A stretch of 64,000 nt of DNA from Hemiscyllium ocellatum (lineage: Eukaryota): contig NC_083410.1 in NCBI RefSeq assembly GCF_020745735.1, forward strand, positions 101,890,080 to 101,954,079. The letters are read 5' to 3'. A program made the translations under genes and the position numbers. Every line of letters starts with the position of its first letter. The first letter of the stretch is position 1. Positions 13,863-26,400 of this stretch are shown here, piece after piece. The notes beneath the pieces were generated by a model. That model saw only the letters and a program-made list of their open reading frames with translations, had not been told where the DNA came from and did no database searches.

Positions 13863-14474
13863 GTCATGTCCTTATATTTAGTTTCCATTTATCCACATTT
13901 GTTTTCTACTTTACAGACATCCATCTGTACAAGGCACCTCTTTGTGAGAAAAAGGGCAAGCAGGCTTTCCCATCAACAGAGTGTGTCCTCCTAATAGTGT
14001 GGAGAAGCAAGCTTTTACTTCTGTTAAGTCTACTGCCCTGGTTAGATGGTTAGGTGAGCAGACAGGCAGCTGTCTTCTCCACATTTGCATCAACGTGAGT
14101 TAGAATTAGATACTATATTGCTGCATCAGTGTTGTCTGTTCGAATGTTTTTGCTATTCAACAACATGTGCAAGAACCAATAAAGCTCATTACAGCCATTG
14201 ACTGGTGCTGAGTCACATCTCAGACGATTCGGAGACTCGAGAAGCAAGTAGTTTAATCTGGGTTGTATTAGACTTGTTTTTAAGAATGTTATTATAAAGT
14301 GATAAAGTGACGGATGAATTACTGTAAAATAAGTTTTTTAGGTTAAATACACATCATCAATTATTTTAGAAATGCAGATCCAGCAGCAGTGAATCTTTGT
14401 TTACATAGTGCAAAATGTAATTTATTTTTTGAAGTTTCATAAAATTACGTGTTTTCAGTCCAAGATAGTTTTAA

Positions 14475-14663
<189 letters not shown>

Positions 14664-15334
14664 TGATATCACATCCAAAGTGCTGAAACAAAAGGTATTT
14701 GCTGGCACAAAATAAATATTATAATCATTGTATTATAATTAATTGCACTAGTGATCTGGCAACTATATATCATATTTTTCTAGATGATCCATGCTGTACA
14801 ATAACTAGCAATGTTGGCTGTAGAAGAAGTATTCTATATTTAAATTTAGTTGTGCCATTGTATGCAGCATTGAGCAAAGACTGAACTACACATTGTGACC
14901 ACTAAAGTTAAGTTCTTATATGTGGTTAACCTTTAAATTGTAGGAAGTGATTTTATTTAATCAGAGTGTTACTGGTTGAATTTTTTAAAAAACTCAACAA
15001 TAGCATTTCAGTTTCTAAGATATCTGAACATCTATATGAATATACCTTACACATTCCAGACCCAGTCAGAATGTCTAGAAGAACATAGCAAAGACAATCA
15101 CCTTAAAAGATGAATGACTACAATTTCTGACCCATTCAAAAAACATCCAGACAGTCATTCGCATATACAACTGGGTGGGGCTTTTGCTAAGAAACGAACT
15201 TGTCCAAAAGTATTCAAATTATGTCAAAACCACATATCTGGAAATAATTTGCTATGACCATGTTTGATGTTTGGTCAGTTGGTGAAGCCATCATGTGGTG
15301 AGCAACTAACCCTATTTGGGTTTCGGAATGATTT

Positions 15335-16460
15335 TGAGATGCCGGTGTTGGACTGGAGTAGACAAAGTTAAAATTCACACAACACCAGGTTATCGTCCAA
15401 CAGATTAATTTAGAAGCACTAGCTTTCAAGGCACTGCCCCTTCATCAGGTAGTTGTGGAACATGACCATACAACACAGAATTTATAGCAAAAATGTGAGT
15501 GTCATGGAGTTGTAAAGACAAATTAAAAATCACACAACACCAGGTTATGGGTCTTAAATAAATTTGATTAAGTCTTTCATCTTTTAGAATAGGATGGGGT
15601 GGTTTAGGTTATTTAATATGTAAATCCCAGAGTTACATTCTCAAAGTAGCATCAGTTTAACTAATAATAGGTGTCATTGCAGCTCAGACAATGCATTAAA
15701 TGTGTAAAGGTAAAGTCTGTACCAATGTTGAGCCAATTCTATTTCTAAAGTGGAGTTTACAGAAGCTTATATAAGTTTATGCAGTTTTTGAGTAAAATAA
15801 AATGTAATTTAGCAAGTACAAATTCACCCCATAAACATTTGTGTGCACATGCAGGAGTGACAGAGTGGGTGTATATATGAATGTGAGTGCATGTGAAAGA
15901 GTGTAAGTGTATGGGTGTGATGACATTTAAGCCTGTGAGAGGGTGAGTGCAGGGAGTGCATGTATGTGTGTATGAGAAAGGGTCTGCATGAGTGAGTGAG
16001 TGTGTGTGTGTGAAAGATAGTGTATAGTGCAGTGGGGTCACCTGTAGTGTGACATGAACCCAAGGTCCCAATTGAGGCCGTCCCTATGAGTATCCAACTT
16101 AACTATCAGCCTCTGCCTGGCCACTTTGAATTGTTGCTTGTCCTGAAGTCCGCCTTGGAGAATGGTCGCCCAGAGATCTGAGGCCAAATGTCCTGGACCA
16201 CTGAAGTATTCCTGACTGGGAGGGAACAGTCCTGTCTGGTGATCATTGCATGGTGTCCATTCTTCCATTGTCATAGCTTTCTGTTCAGTCTCACCAATGT
16301 CTCAAGCCTCAGGGCATCCCTGCCTGCAGTATATGAGATAGATCATGTTGGCTGAGTCACATGAGTACCTGCTGTGTATATTGTGGGAATTGTCCCCATG
16401 ATTAATGGTGATATCTGTGTCGACACTGACACGTCTTGCAGCATCTGCTCAACAGTCACC
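15335..16460 (-). mobile_element. Penelope-like element 3' part (GIY-YIG + pLTR with hammerhead)
   Basis: Minus ORF ...LQGGLQD...QRLIVKLDTHRDGLNWDLGFMSHY; terminus taacctggtgttgtgtga on the minus strand; hammerhead at 15417-15451. Confidence 0.85.
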
Positions 16461-16609
16461 ATCTAGAGGCAAATCAATCAACTCCTCTCTTAAAAGACTG
16501 CTGTTAGTTTGTTATCCATAGTTCGCTGGGGAGTCACAATGTGGTTGTTTTTGGAACGAATAAAGCAAACTCGGTTTGTATGTTGTCTGAAAATCCACTA
16601 AATACTGAG

Positions 16610-17272
16610 CGCGTGCTCTCTCTCTCTCTCTCTCACACACGCACACTCAAACACAGACCCACACCCCCTCTCACAGACGTATACCCCATCACACGCTTAC
16701 ATACACACGCCCTTTTACATGCACTCACACTCAAACGCACACGCTCAAATGCACCCACTGTCTCTCCTGCGTGCGTGTATGCATAAGTTTATGGAGTGAA
16801 ATTGTATTTGCAGAATTACATTTTGTTTTGCTCAAAAACTGCATAAATCTATAAAAAATTCTGTAAACCTCACTTTAGAAATAGAATTGACACAATACTC
16901 GTACAGACTTTACCTTCACATATTTAATGCATTGTCTGAGCTACGATGACACCTATTATTAGATAGGCTGACTCCACCTTGAGAATTAATTCTGGCATTT
17001 ACATATTAAAGAACCTAAACCACCATATCCCATTCTAAATGATGAAAGACTTAATATAATTTTTTTTAAGAACTATTACCTGGTGATGTGCGATTTTTAA
17101 CTAAAGTTGTTTAATATATCATCACAACTCCATGACATTGTAACACTTTTGCTACTAATTCTGTCATATGGTCATGTTCCAAATCACCTGATGAAGAGGC
17201 AATGCCTCAAAAGCTAGTACTTCAAAATAAACCTGTTTTAGACTATAACCTGATGTTGGGTGATTTTTAACT
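16610..17272 (+). mobile_element. Penelope-like pLTR, inverted copy of 15370-16020
   Basis: Reverse-complement similarity along ~650 bp; ends taacctgatgttgggtgatttttaact; hammerhead motif at 17185-17219. Confidence 0.85.
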
Positions 17273-18362
17273 GGGATTAGGAAGATGCAGAAAAAGCAGG
17301 ATCATGTTCGTGGGAACACTCTGTTACATTTACTTCATTCATTCTGCAAACTCGAGCCCTATCTGCTCTTTGGACATCCCCTTACTTGAGACAGTGTTTT
17401 AAGAGTCAAATCAGTAGCCATAAGCTCCAGAAGAAAATATATAAATTGTTTGGTAACACCTTTATGTTGTATCAATTCTAAATCCAGAGGTACCATTGAG
17501 CCCAGCTTCAAATCTAGTCAAATCATAAGATCCGTATACCACTGATTTTTACTAGACTTTTTTTAAAAAAACGAAATTACTTACCCTATGATTACGCTTT
17601 ATAGTTAACCATTATGTGTGTGTCTGTGAACTCTCAAATCTTTGTCTACAGAGCATTTTGTTTCTCATTTCGACTAGGTGCTATGTACAATTCATAGTCA
17701 AAGCTTTTAAAACCTTTCAAGGAACCCTGTCCATGTATGTCTTTTACAGTCTAAGCACATAAAAAGTTAGATGTTCACTGAGTTATTAGCAAGCATTCTT
17801 TTTAAAGAAGAAACCTGTTAAACAGAGAATGGGAAAAGAGGGAAGCCTTTCAGCCCTTCCTCCTCTGATCTTATCGTGTTGTACAACACTATTATTTGAA
17901 TCTTTTGAAAATAACTTAAAATTAATGAAGTGACCACAGTTGTTCCCTTGCTGTTCTCTACTACATTTAAGTATACTTGACCTAACAATCTGATCTTTAG
18001 GTTACAGCAATAGCACAATCTTTTATGTTATGATTATACTATAATTGTGACAATATCAGTCTATTCTCAAAAGAAAAGAGTTCATGTAGTCAAGAGGAAG
18101 ATTACTCAGCAGGTGGCAAGGCTTGTCCTGTCCTCATTGCCATAGAATTATATTTTTTGCTTTGTGGCGATTCACTTATAGATTTTTTTGATATGTAAAC
18201 TCCTAATCTATGTTCCTGAACCATTTGAGAGGTTATCTTATTCTGCTTTCTATTGGTCATGAAAGTGTCTGAAGTGTGCACTTCGGAAGTACTTTATTAA
18301 AGGGACACTGAAAAAGTCAAACTACTTCTTTTTCATTCTACTCAAATGGCTTAGTTAATTAG

Positions 18363-18590
<228 letters not shown>

Positions 18591-19139
18591 TAACAATTCC
18601 ATTATACAGCATTAATCTATATTTCAAATTTATACAGTTTATGGGCTATAATATGGCTTTCATGTTGGAAAGAACATACTGAAATAAGTTTTGAATAAAG
18701 TTATCAAAAATATATTACATTTTTAAATTTGTCTCCAGTGTGTGATTCATTGTTAAAGAACCAGCCAAAATGGTCATGTTAGGAAAAAGCATGTTTAATT
18801 CATTGTTTAATGGTCACAGTACGATATATTCCTTTAATAAAATACTGATGTTGTAATTGTCTGTATTTGTCATTACTTCTAACACCGAGCATCGGTACTT
18901 AAATTTGAAAGGTCTGTGCCATTATTTAAAACTTTTGATGTTAAGTTAGGCACTTTGCTTAACTTGAATTATACAATAGTCTCATATAATATGAATTCTC
19001 TAAATACCTTGCTCTTCATTAAGCTTTACAAATGATCAGAGTCTATGTACATTTTATTACGATAGCTCCTACCTTTTATTTTGTGGAATGGGACACCTCC
19101 TAAATACCAATCTTTCAACCCAACTAGGTGCTTGATTAG

Positions 19140-19352
19140 AACTGAAAACAAAAACTGCTGTAGATCACAGTGGGTCCATGGAGAAAGAGCAAGCTAACGT
19201 TTCAAGTCTAGATGACACTTCATCAGGGCTGGTGAATGTGGAGGAGGTAGCATTTATGCAATAGTTTGGTGGGGTTGGTGGTTTGAGTACTGGGGCAGGA
19301 AGCAGTTTTTTATTTTCAGTTCAGATTCCAGTATCTGCAGTAATTTGCTCTT
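19140..19352 (-). mobile_element. Short Penelope-like insertion with inverted ends and hammerhead motif
   Basis: actgaaaacaaaaactgct (19141) versus agcagttttttattttcagt (19301); the minus strand reads CTGATGA-agtgtcatctagactt-GAAA-cgtt. Confidence 0.7.
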
Positions 19353-19809
19353 ACTCGGTGCTTGATTAATAGCAATCAAATGCTGAAGCCTCAGTTGGTA
19401 GGAGAATTCCATGCAGAGAATGGCCTCACTTGGTCAGTGATTTGTAATAAATTCTGATATAACAATGAAGTGAATGGATTTAAGCAGTACATTTTGAAAT
19501 ATGGAACAGATGATTTTAAGATGCTCATTACCAAATCTTGAATGTGTACTGAGTAAGTATACTGGACGAGTTTAAAAGTTTTTGCCCAACGTATACAATA
19601 GTAAATGAAGAAACCTTTGAAGGATGACCTAATACAGAGATTAGGGTCAGAATTACTTCACCTGACCACAAAGGACTTGGTTGATTTGTATTAATGATTA
19701 CATATTCACACATTTAGGCACAGTCCTAATAATTGAAAGTGGCATTGCTTTATTATCTCTCTCTCTCTATCTTTCAGTAGTATTCCTTGAATCTTGTAAT
19801 TTTCCACAG

Positions 19810-19967
19810 AAACACGTCCATATTTTTGTGAACAGTGTGGAAAGACTTTTACCCAGCAAGGAGCGCTTCGACGTCACCAGCGAATTCACACAGGGGAGAA
19901 GCCTTATAAGTGCAAGGCTTGTGAACGAACTTTCACAGACATGTCCACTTTGAGAAGACACGTTTCT
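19810..19967 (+). CDS. GZF1-like paralog, 158-nt exon (ZF9-10)
   Basis: tttccacag acceptor; manual translation [53 protein letters not shown]; gtaagt donor. This frame is not in the ORF track. Confidence 0.93.
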
Positions 19968-20785
19968 GTAAGTGCTGCCTGACTTTGCATTGAGAAATTA
20001 TGCTTTTTTTTGCTTCTTGAAAAATGTATCTTGGAATCATATTGTCAACAATTATTGCCAATAAAGGCTCTCATCCCCACAAATAATACATCCCCACGAA
20101 TAAATATAATTCTAGTAAGTAAAATATTCCTCTATCATGTGATATTTCATATATCTCTAAAATATTCCTCTGTCATATTTCTCAAATACTTCACAACTGG
20201 ACATTTGTGCAGTTATTTAATTTTAGAAAAATTATCTTCCTGTTTATGTTTTAAGAGTGACGGCACACTCCAGAGAGTATAGGCTTACTCCCTTCATAAG
20301 ATAAGCCTACATCTCTGCAATCAATCTAGTGAACCACTTCTGAACAGCCTGTAATGCGAGTTTCTCTCCTCCCCCTCCCCCCCACCTTCTCAAGTAAGGA
20401 GGCCAGAATTGTTTGCAATCCTCCAGGTGTGGCTTTGCTAATGCCTTGTAAAGTTGCAGTAACACCTGTCTACTTTTACTCTATTCCTTTAGCAATAAAT
20501 GCCAAAATTCCATTATTATCTGCTGTACCTCACACTGGTTTTCTGTGATTTGAACTTGGGACTCGTCTAACTTTTCACGTCACCAGATAATACTTTTAGT
20601 CATCATTTTGCATTTTCTGAAGACATTACTCAACTACACACATATATTGTAAGGCTGTCTTGTTTCTGGTCATTACTTCTATATAAAATCAAAAGATTGC
20701 TCTTAAATTATTAATGCTAAACATTTGCTACATGTTTATTCAACAGAGAATTTTATTTTCGGTTCACCTTACCTTTTGCTGTTAG

Positions 20786-20965
20786 GTTCATGACCGAAAT
20801 GCTCACTGGCGATCATACTTGATTGATCTTACCTCAAAGAAAGATCATAATTGGTCAAAAATTGAAACTTTAGGCGATGTTTGCCTTTCTGATGACCCTG
20901 TACCTGTGAAATGGATGAATATTCGGACTGATCTACCAGTGGAAGGAATACAGCCTGGTCATTGA
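20786..20965 (+). CDS. GZF1-like paralog, terminal coding exon
   Basis: ccttttgctgttag acceptor; VHDRNAHWRSYLIDLTSKKDHNWSKIETLGD...IQPGH-TGA. Supplies the last His of ZF10 and resembles the recalled GZF1 tail IHDKNTPWKSFLV. The spliced CDS from ATG 12937 is 1527 nt (508 aa). Confidence 0.88.
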   Translation, partial: VHDRNAHWRSYLIDLTSKKDHNWSKIETLGDVCLSDDPVPVKWMNIRTDLPVEGIQPGH

Positions 20966-23380
20966 TCATTATTACTAAAATAGATGGACACAACACAGTA
21001 TGTATTGTCTTCAAACTTACAATGAAAAATTGGATATATTTTTAATTTTAATGCACTGTTTCTGTGAAAAGTTAGTAATAATTCAATCATATACACCACA
21101 TTCACAGCTTCAGTTTGTCAAATGTACAGTAATCAGCCCAATTTTCATTTTTTAGGGCTTTTATTGGGCATCTGTTGGAATTTTCTGAGTTTAGTCCAGC
21201 AATTCAAACCAGAAATATTCTAAGTCTTTCACTTTGATTTGGTGATAGTGGGGTATAATGCGTAATCATCGTCAGACATTATTTATTTCCTACAGTTATA
21301 GTGAATATTTAGTATTTTGCTGTTGGAGATCAGCATATCAACATGGCATTATCTAGTATTACAGAAATTAACTATTTTCATCAACACCATCATTTTCTTC
21401 TATATATTAATTCTAAAATTAATAATTCTATATGTTAAAAGCAGTTTGCTTCGTTGATGCAATAAGCAATAATACACTGAGAGTTTACATCTGTACAGTC
21501 AAATTGTTTCCATCATTTCAGTTGCAGGATTCCAAAATGTAATTCTACACTTGTTTGGCATCTTAAAAATAATCTGATCTGTTGTGTACCTGAAAGTATG
21601 TTTCTATTTCTTATAGCACTAGAGACTTATAATTATCAAACATTTTCTGTGAAGATTGCTATTCGCATCACAACTTGTATCCCTAAATTAATTTAAAATA
21701 TATTTTAAGTGTTTAAATGCAATGGTGTAACTCCTCAAATGTTTAATAATTCTGAACTCAGAAAATTCAGAATAATTTGATTAATGACATAAATTGCCAT
21801 GGGAATATTTCAGCATTATGCTGTGCTGTATTTAGAATCAGACATGTAGTGTAGGATTATGGAAGATGAATGGTTTGTAAATAGAGAAGCAAAACACTAA
21901 AAAAAGCATTGTTACTTGATCAGAATAGCTTTCACAAGGTGTCTAACTTTGATACTTTTTGTAGACCCACTGTTGATCAATGTTTCAATGTTGTGGTACA
22001 GAAATCTGAAGATTGAATCTTCTTTTCCTCCACTGATCAAATCTACACAGTTACATGTTGCAGCATACTACATGCCTGATTGTTTGAGGACTAGTTGTAA
22101 TTTTCTAGAACTCTCACTAGACATGTATGTATTCAGTATCTAAAGGGACTACAATGTCTTGTTTGCCAATAATGTCATAACACTGCATTATAAAGTGCTG
22201 TAGGAAGGAATACTACTAAATGATGTCATGTTACTGACTTTTTTGTGTATTGTGTTCCATTTATTTTCTGATATGGTCGTATGGAGAGAACATCTGCTGT
22301 GGTACAAAATCAGTTTTACAATTCATCCATTGTAATTTAAGGATGCATTCATTAATTCTAGTGTGTTAAATGTACCATGATGGTATATTTCAATACATTT
22401 GACTTTGAGTTGTTAATAGAGATGTCACATTGAAAATTTCAGTGCGATAATCATTGCAAAACATGTATGGTTAATCTTTAAAGTAGCAGTATGAAATCAG
22501 AAACATTAAAATGTTTTAATTCAATCAGATCTTTAAAAGTCACTGTGTTTTTAATTTATTTTATTTTAATAAGGCAATAGCATATGAACATTTCTTTTAA
22601 TACCCAGCTTCACAATTCTTCATGACCGAAACTTACATTTTACCTTTATAGAAAAGTTCTATGCCTTTTGCAATTTTGTTTTAAATATGTTGTTGAAATT
22701 TGCACTAAAAATAATGGTAATGTTGTAATTGAATAATCCCAAACATAAACAAGGGTGGGAGAGGAGCCTAATACTGATGCTGTCTCAAATGTACAAGAGC
22801 AAATCTGGTAATTCAACAGAGCAAAATACAATGCCACCCATCTCATAGTGGCCTTGGGGACTGTCAGCCATTATGGTTGGTGATGGAAAATAAATTAGTA
22901 GTCAAGACAATATTACAGCAGAAGGTTGTGCTGTCAGATTTTCCAACATTTTTGGTATCACTTTTTATTAGCTGGCTTATTCCCAGGCAGAGAAATCCGA
23001 GGTTGCTCCTGTCACTTGCTTAAAAAGAGGACACAAAATATGTTTGTAATTTCAAAAATCATGCTAAGATGAAGCTAGTCAGATTCAGAAAGAACTGGCA
23101 ATCTGTTTTTATTCTTTGTCACAAGTAACAATGTGTATTTTCATAAAATGTATTGAAAGAGGTACAATGTTTATCTCTTAATTCACTTAATTGTGCAGTA
23201 AACCAACTGTCTGATTTGTATTCTTTTGGAAGATAGACATATTTGGAAAAGGAGAAAGTGAGGACTGCAGAAGCTGGTGGATCAGAGTCGTAAAATGTGG
23301 TGCTGGACTGGCTGTGCTTTTCTAGCACACTTTTCGATATATTTGGAAAAATGTGATTATTTGAACCTGTTCAAATAAAA
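20966..23380 (+). other. Probable 3' UTR of the GZF1-like paralog
   Basis: AT-rich and nearly repeat-free after the stop codon; AATAAA at 22889 and 23374. The true end is unknown. Confidence 0.45.
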
Positions 23381-23494
23381 TTAAGATTAGTTGCTAAGAT
23401 TTTGGGACACATTCACATGACCATAGGATATAGGAGTAGAAAGAGGCCATTTGACCCATTGAGTCTGCTCTGCCATTCGAACATGACTTTTCCC

Positions 23495-26400
23495 TTTTTT
23501 TTATTTTGCCCGACCTGCTGAGGATTTAGAGCATTTTCTTTCTTTATGGGTCTTTCTCCAACAAATGACAGCAAAACAAGATACAGTCACAAGCAATAAA
23601 CAACAAAACCCCAACCACCCTCTGCACAGCACATACCTCCCCAAAAATATAAAGGGAGAAAAATGACAAACAACCATAATAAATATAAACATATACAAAG
23701 CACATAACATAATGAATTAAACCAGCAGTAAGATAACTGCATTAACAAAAGGAAAAGAGATAAACAAGAAACAAAAAATAGTCACAACAGAAGATACCTC
23801 AGTCTGGAGCAGTTAAAAAGACAACACTATTAGCATATGAAAGAAAAAAGTTCAAATATTTTGTAAATTTGTTAGAGGAGCAAGATAAAGATAATTTAAT
23901 CTTTTCCAATTTTAAGAAAGTATGACCCATCTCTAACCCAGTGTGTATTTGTAGGTGGAGTTAGGGATTTCCATTTTAACAATATCAATCTTCTGGCCAA
24001 TAGGTTAGTGAATGCTATCCTGTCTTTTTTAGAGGAAGCAAGATTAGGTAAAGAGGGTGACACCCCAAACAAAGCGGTAAAAGCATTAGGAGTAAGATTT
24101 TCGCCAGATGTCTTCAATAAGGTGGCAAAAATATCAATCCAATATGTACTCGTGCAGGAATTGTGTCGGATAGAACAGGTTCAGATTGGTTTCACAGGTC
24201 AACGCAATATCGAGGGCCAAAGGGCCTGTACTGTGTTGTGATGTTCTATGTCCTATCTACTTAAAGAGGACAAAGCTAGAACATGTACATCTAATTTTCT
24301 GGAGTTCGTTCACACCGTTCATAGAACAGAGACACCTCCTGAAATATTTTTGCAAGTCGAGCTTTAGTGTAGTGGGTGTGGTGTAGAATCTTGCACTAAA
24401 TAAAACCATGTTTTGCACAGATAGAAAATCTGTGCACACTTTGTAAAATCTTATCCCATACATCACGCGGCATTACCTCTTCCAGATCTGCCTCTGAGGT
24501 AGCTTTTAATAGAGTCAAGAGAATCTGAACATAAATTATGGATTTTTGAATAAATAACTGAAGTAGCCCCCTTTAGTGAAGAAAGTGGTTCTGGAAAGAT
24601 GTCGAAATCAGAATCCTTAGGAAGGGTAGGAAGAACCTGAAATAAACAATGAACAAAACTGCGAGCTTGGAGATATATAAAGAAGTGGCTTTCAGGAATT
24701 AAAAACTTATCAACTAATTTTTGAAAAGATGTAAAAAGGTCATCAACATATAAATCTTTCACCGTTTTTATTCCTAACTTAGCCCAACCAGAAAAGGCAC
24801 TAACCACTGAAGGTGGGGGAAAAAATATGATTTGCTGCCAACGGCGCCTTTGTAGAAAATGACAGAAAGCCAAAGTGATGTCTAAATTGAAACCAGGTTT
24901 TAAGATAGGATAAAACAATTATGTTATTCATGTAAATAGAGGTTGAAGAAAGGAGAGGTGAATGCAGTAAAGCCTTCAGTGTTACCAGATGGGTGGAATT
25001 TGCCTCCGTAGTCAACCAATTTGGGAGAGCATCAAGGTTCTTGTATTGGAGCCAATAATTCAAACTTCTAATGCTTACTGCCCAATAATAAAACAAAATA
25101 TTCAGCAGCATCATTCCACCTATATCTTAGGCCTCTAACAACTATTTTCATAACCTAGGAGTTTTTTTAGTCCAAATAAATTCAAGAATGAGACTATGAA
25201 AAAAGGAAAGCGGGAGAAAAATTGGTATGCATTGAAATAAATAAGAAAATAGTAGAAAAATATTCATTTTAATGGAATTAATTCTAGCAGCAACAGACAA
25301 ATTAAGGAGGCCATTGTTCGAAGTCTTGTTTAATTTGTACCAGTAATAATTCAAAACTTTCCTGTACAAAATACCTAGTGTATCTGCCATGTGTACACCA
25401 AGATAAACAAAGCCAGAGTTGGCAATTTCAAATTGTAAACTATCTAGTAGGTTAATTGATAGCAAATATTTCACTTTTGCTAAACTTCAGTTTATACCCA
25501 GAAATCTTAGTGAAACGTTCTAAAATTAAAAGTGTGGTGGGATCGGAGGGAGATAAGTTCGAGACAAATAGCAAACGATCATTTGCATAGAGGGCAACCT
25601 TCAACTTCAAACCATTTCTAGAAAAATCAGGATGAGTCTGTAGAGCAATAGAGAGGTTCAATTACAATGACAAACAACAGTGGACTCAAAGGACAACCTT
25701 GTCTAGTGGAACTATAAAGGTAGAAATAGTCCCAGAATTCATATTATTGGTCCTAACAAGGGCATGTGGTGATGTGTAGAGTAGTTTGGTCCAAGAAATA
25801 AATTTTTCCCCCAAGCCAAATTTCTCTAAAGTTTTAAATAAAAAATAATTCCATTCCAGTCCATCAAAGGCTTTTTCAGCATCTATAGATATCAAAGCCT
25901 CAGGGAGAGCAGATGGGGAAGAGTTGTAAACAATATAAGCGGGTATTTAAAGATTAAAAAAAAGAGTGCCTGTTGCAAATAAATCCTTTTTGATCCAAGG
26001 ATATGATAGATGGAAGGATGGTTTCCAAATGTCAGGCCAATAGTTTTGCAGTAATTTTAAGTCAACATTTAGTAGACTTACAGGACGATATGAACCACAT
26101 CGTGAGGGATCTTTGTCTTTCTTTAAAAATGAAGAAAGTGATGCCTGAGTTAAAGTTTTGAGGAAGTGAATCAGAATTAAATGCTTCATGAAATGCATCT
26201 ATGAAAGGTAGCACCAGATTTTTTTCAGCATTTTATAAAATTCAGCCAGAAACCATAGGATCCAGGTCTTTTCCCACTTTGGAGTCTCAAGTTCTGTTGC
26301 TGTGATTGGTTGTTCCAATTTCTTTGCCACAATTTGATCAATAGTAGGAATATTAATCTTATCAAAAAAGGTCTCAAAACCTGCTGTAGCAGAATAACAT

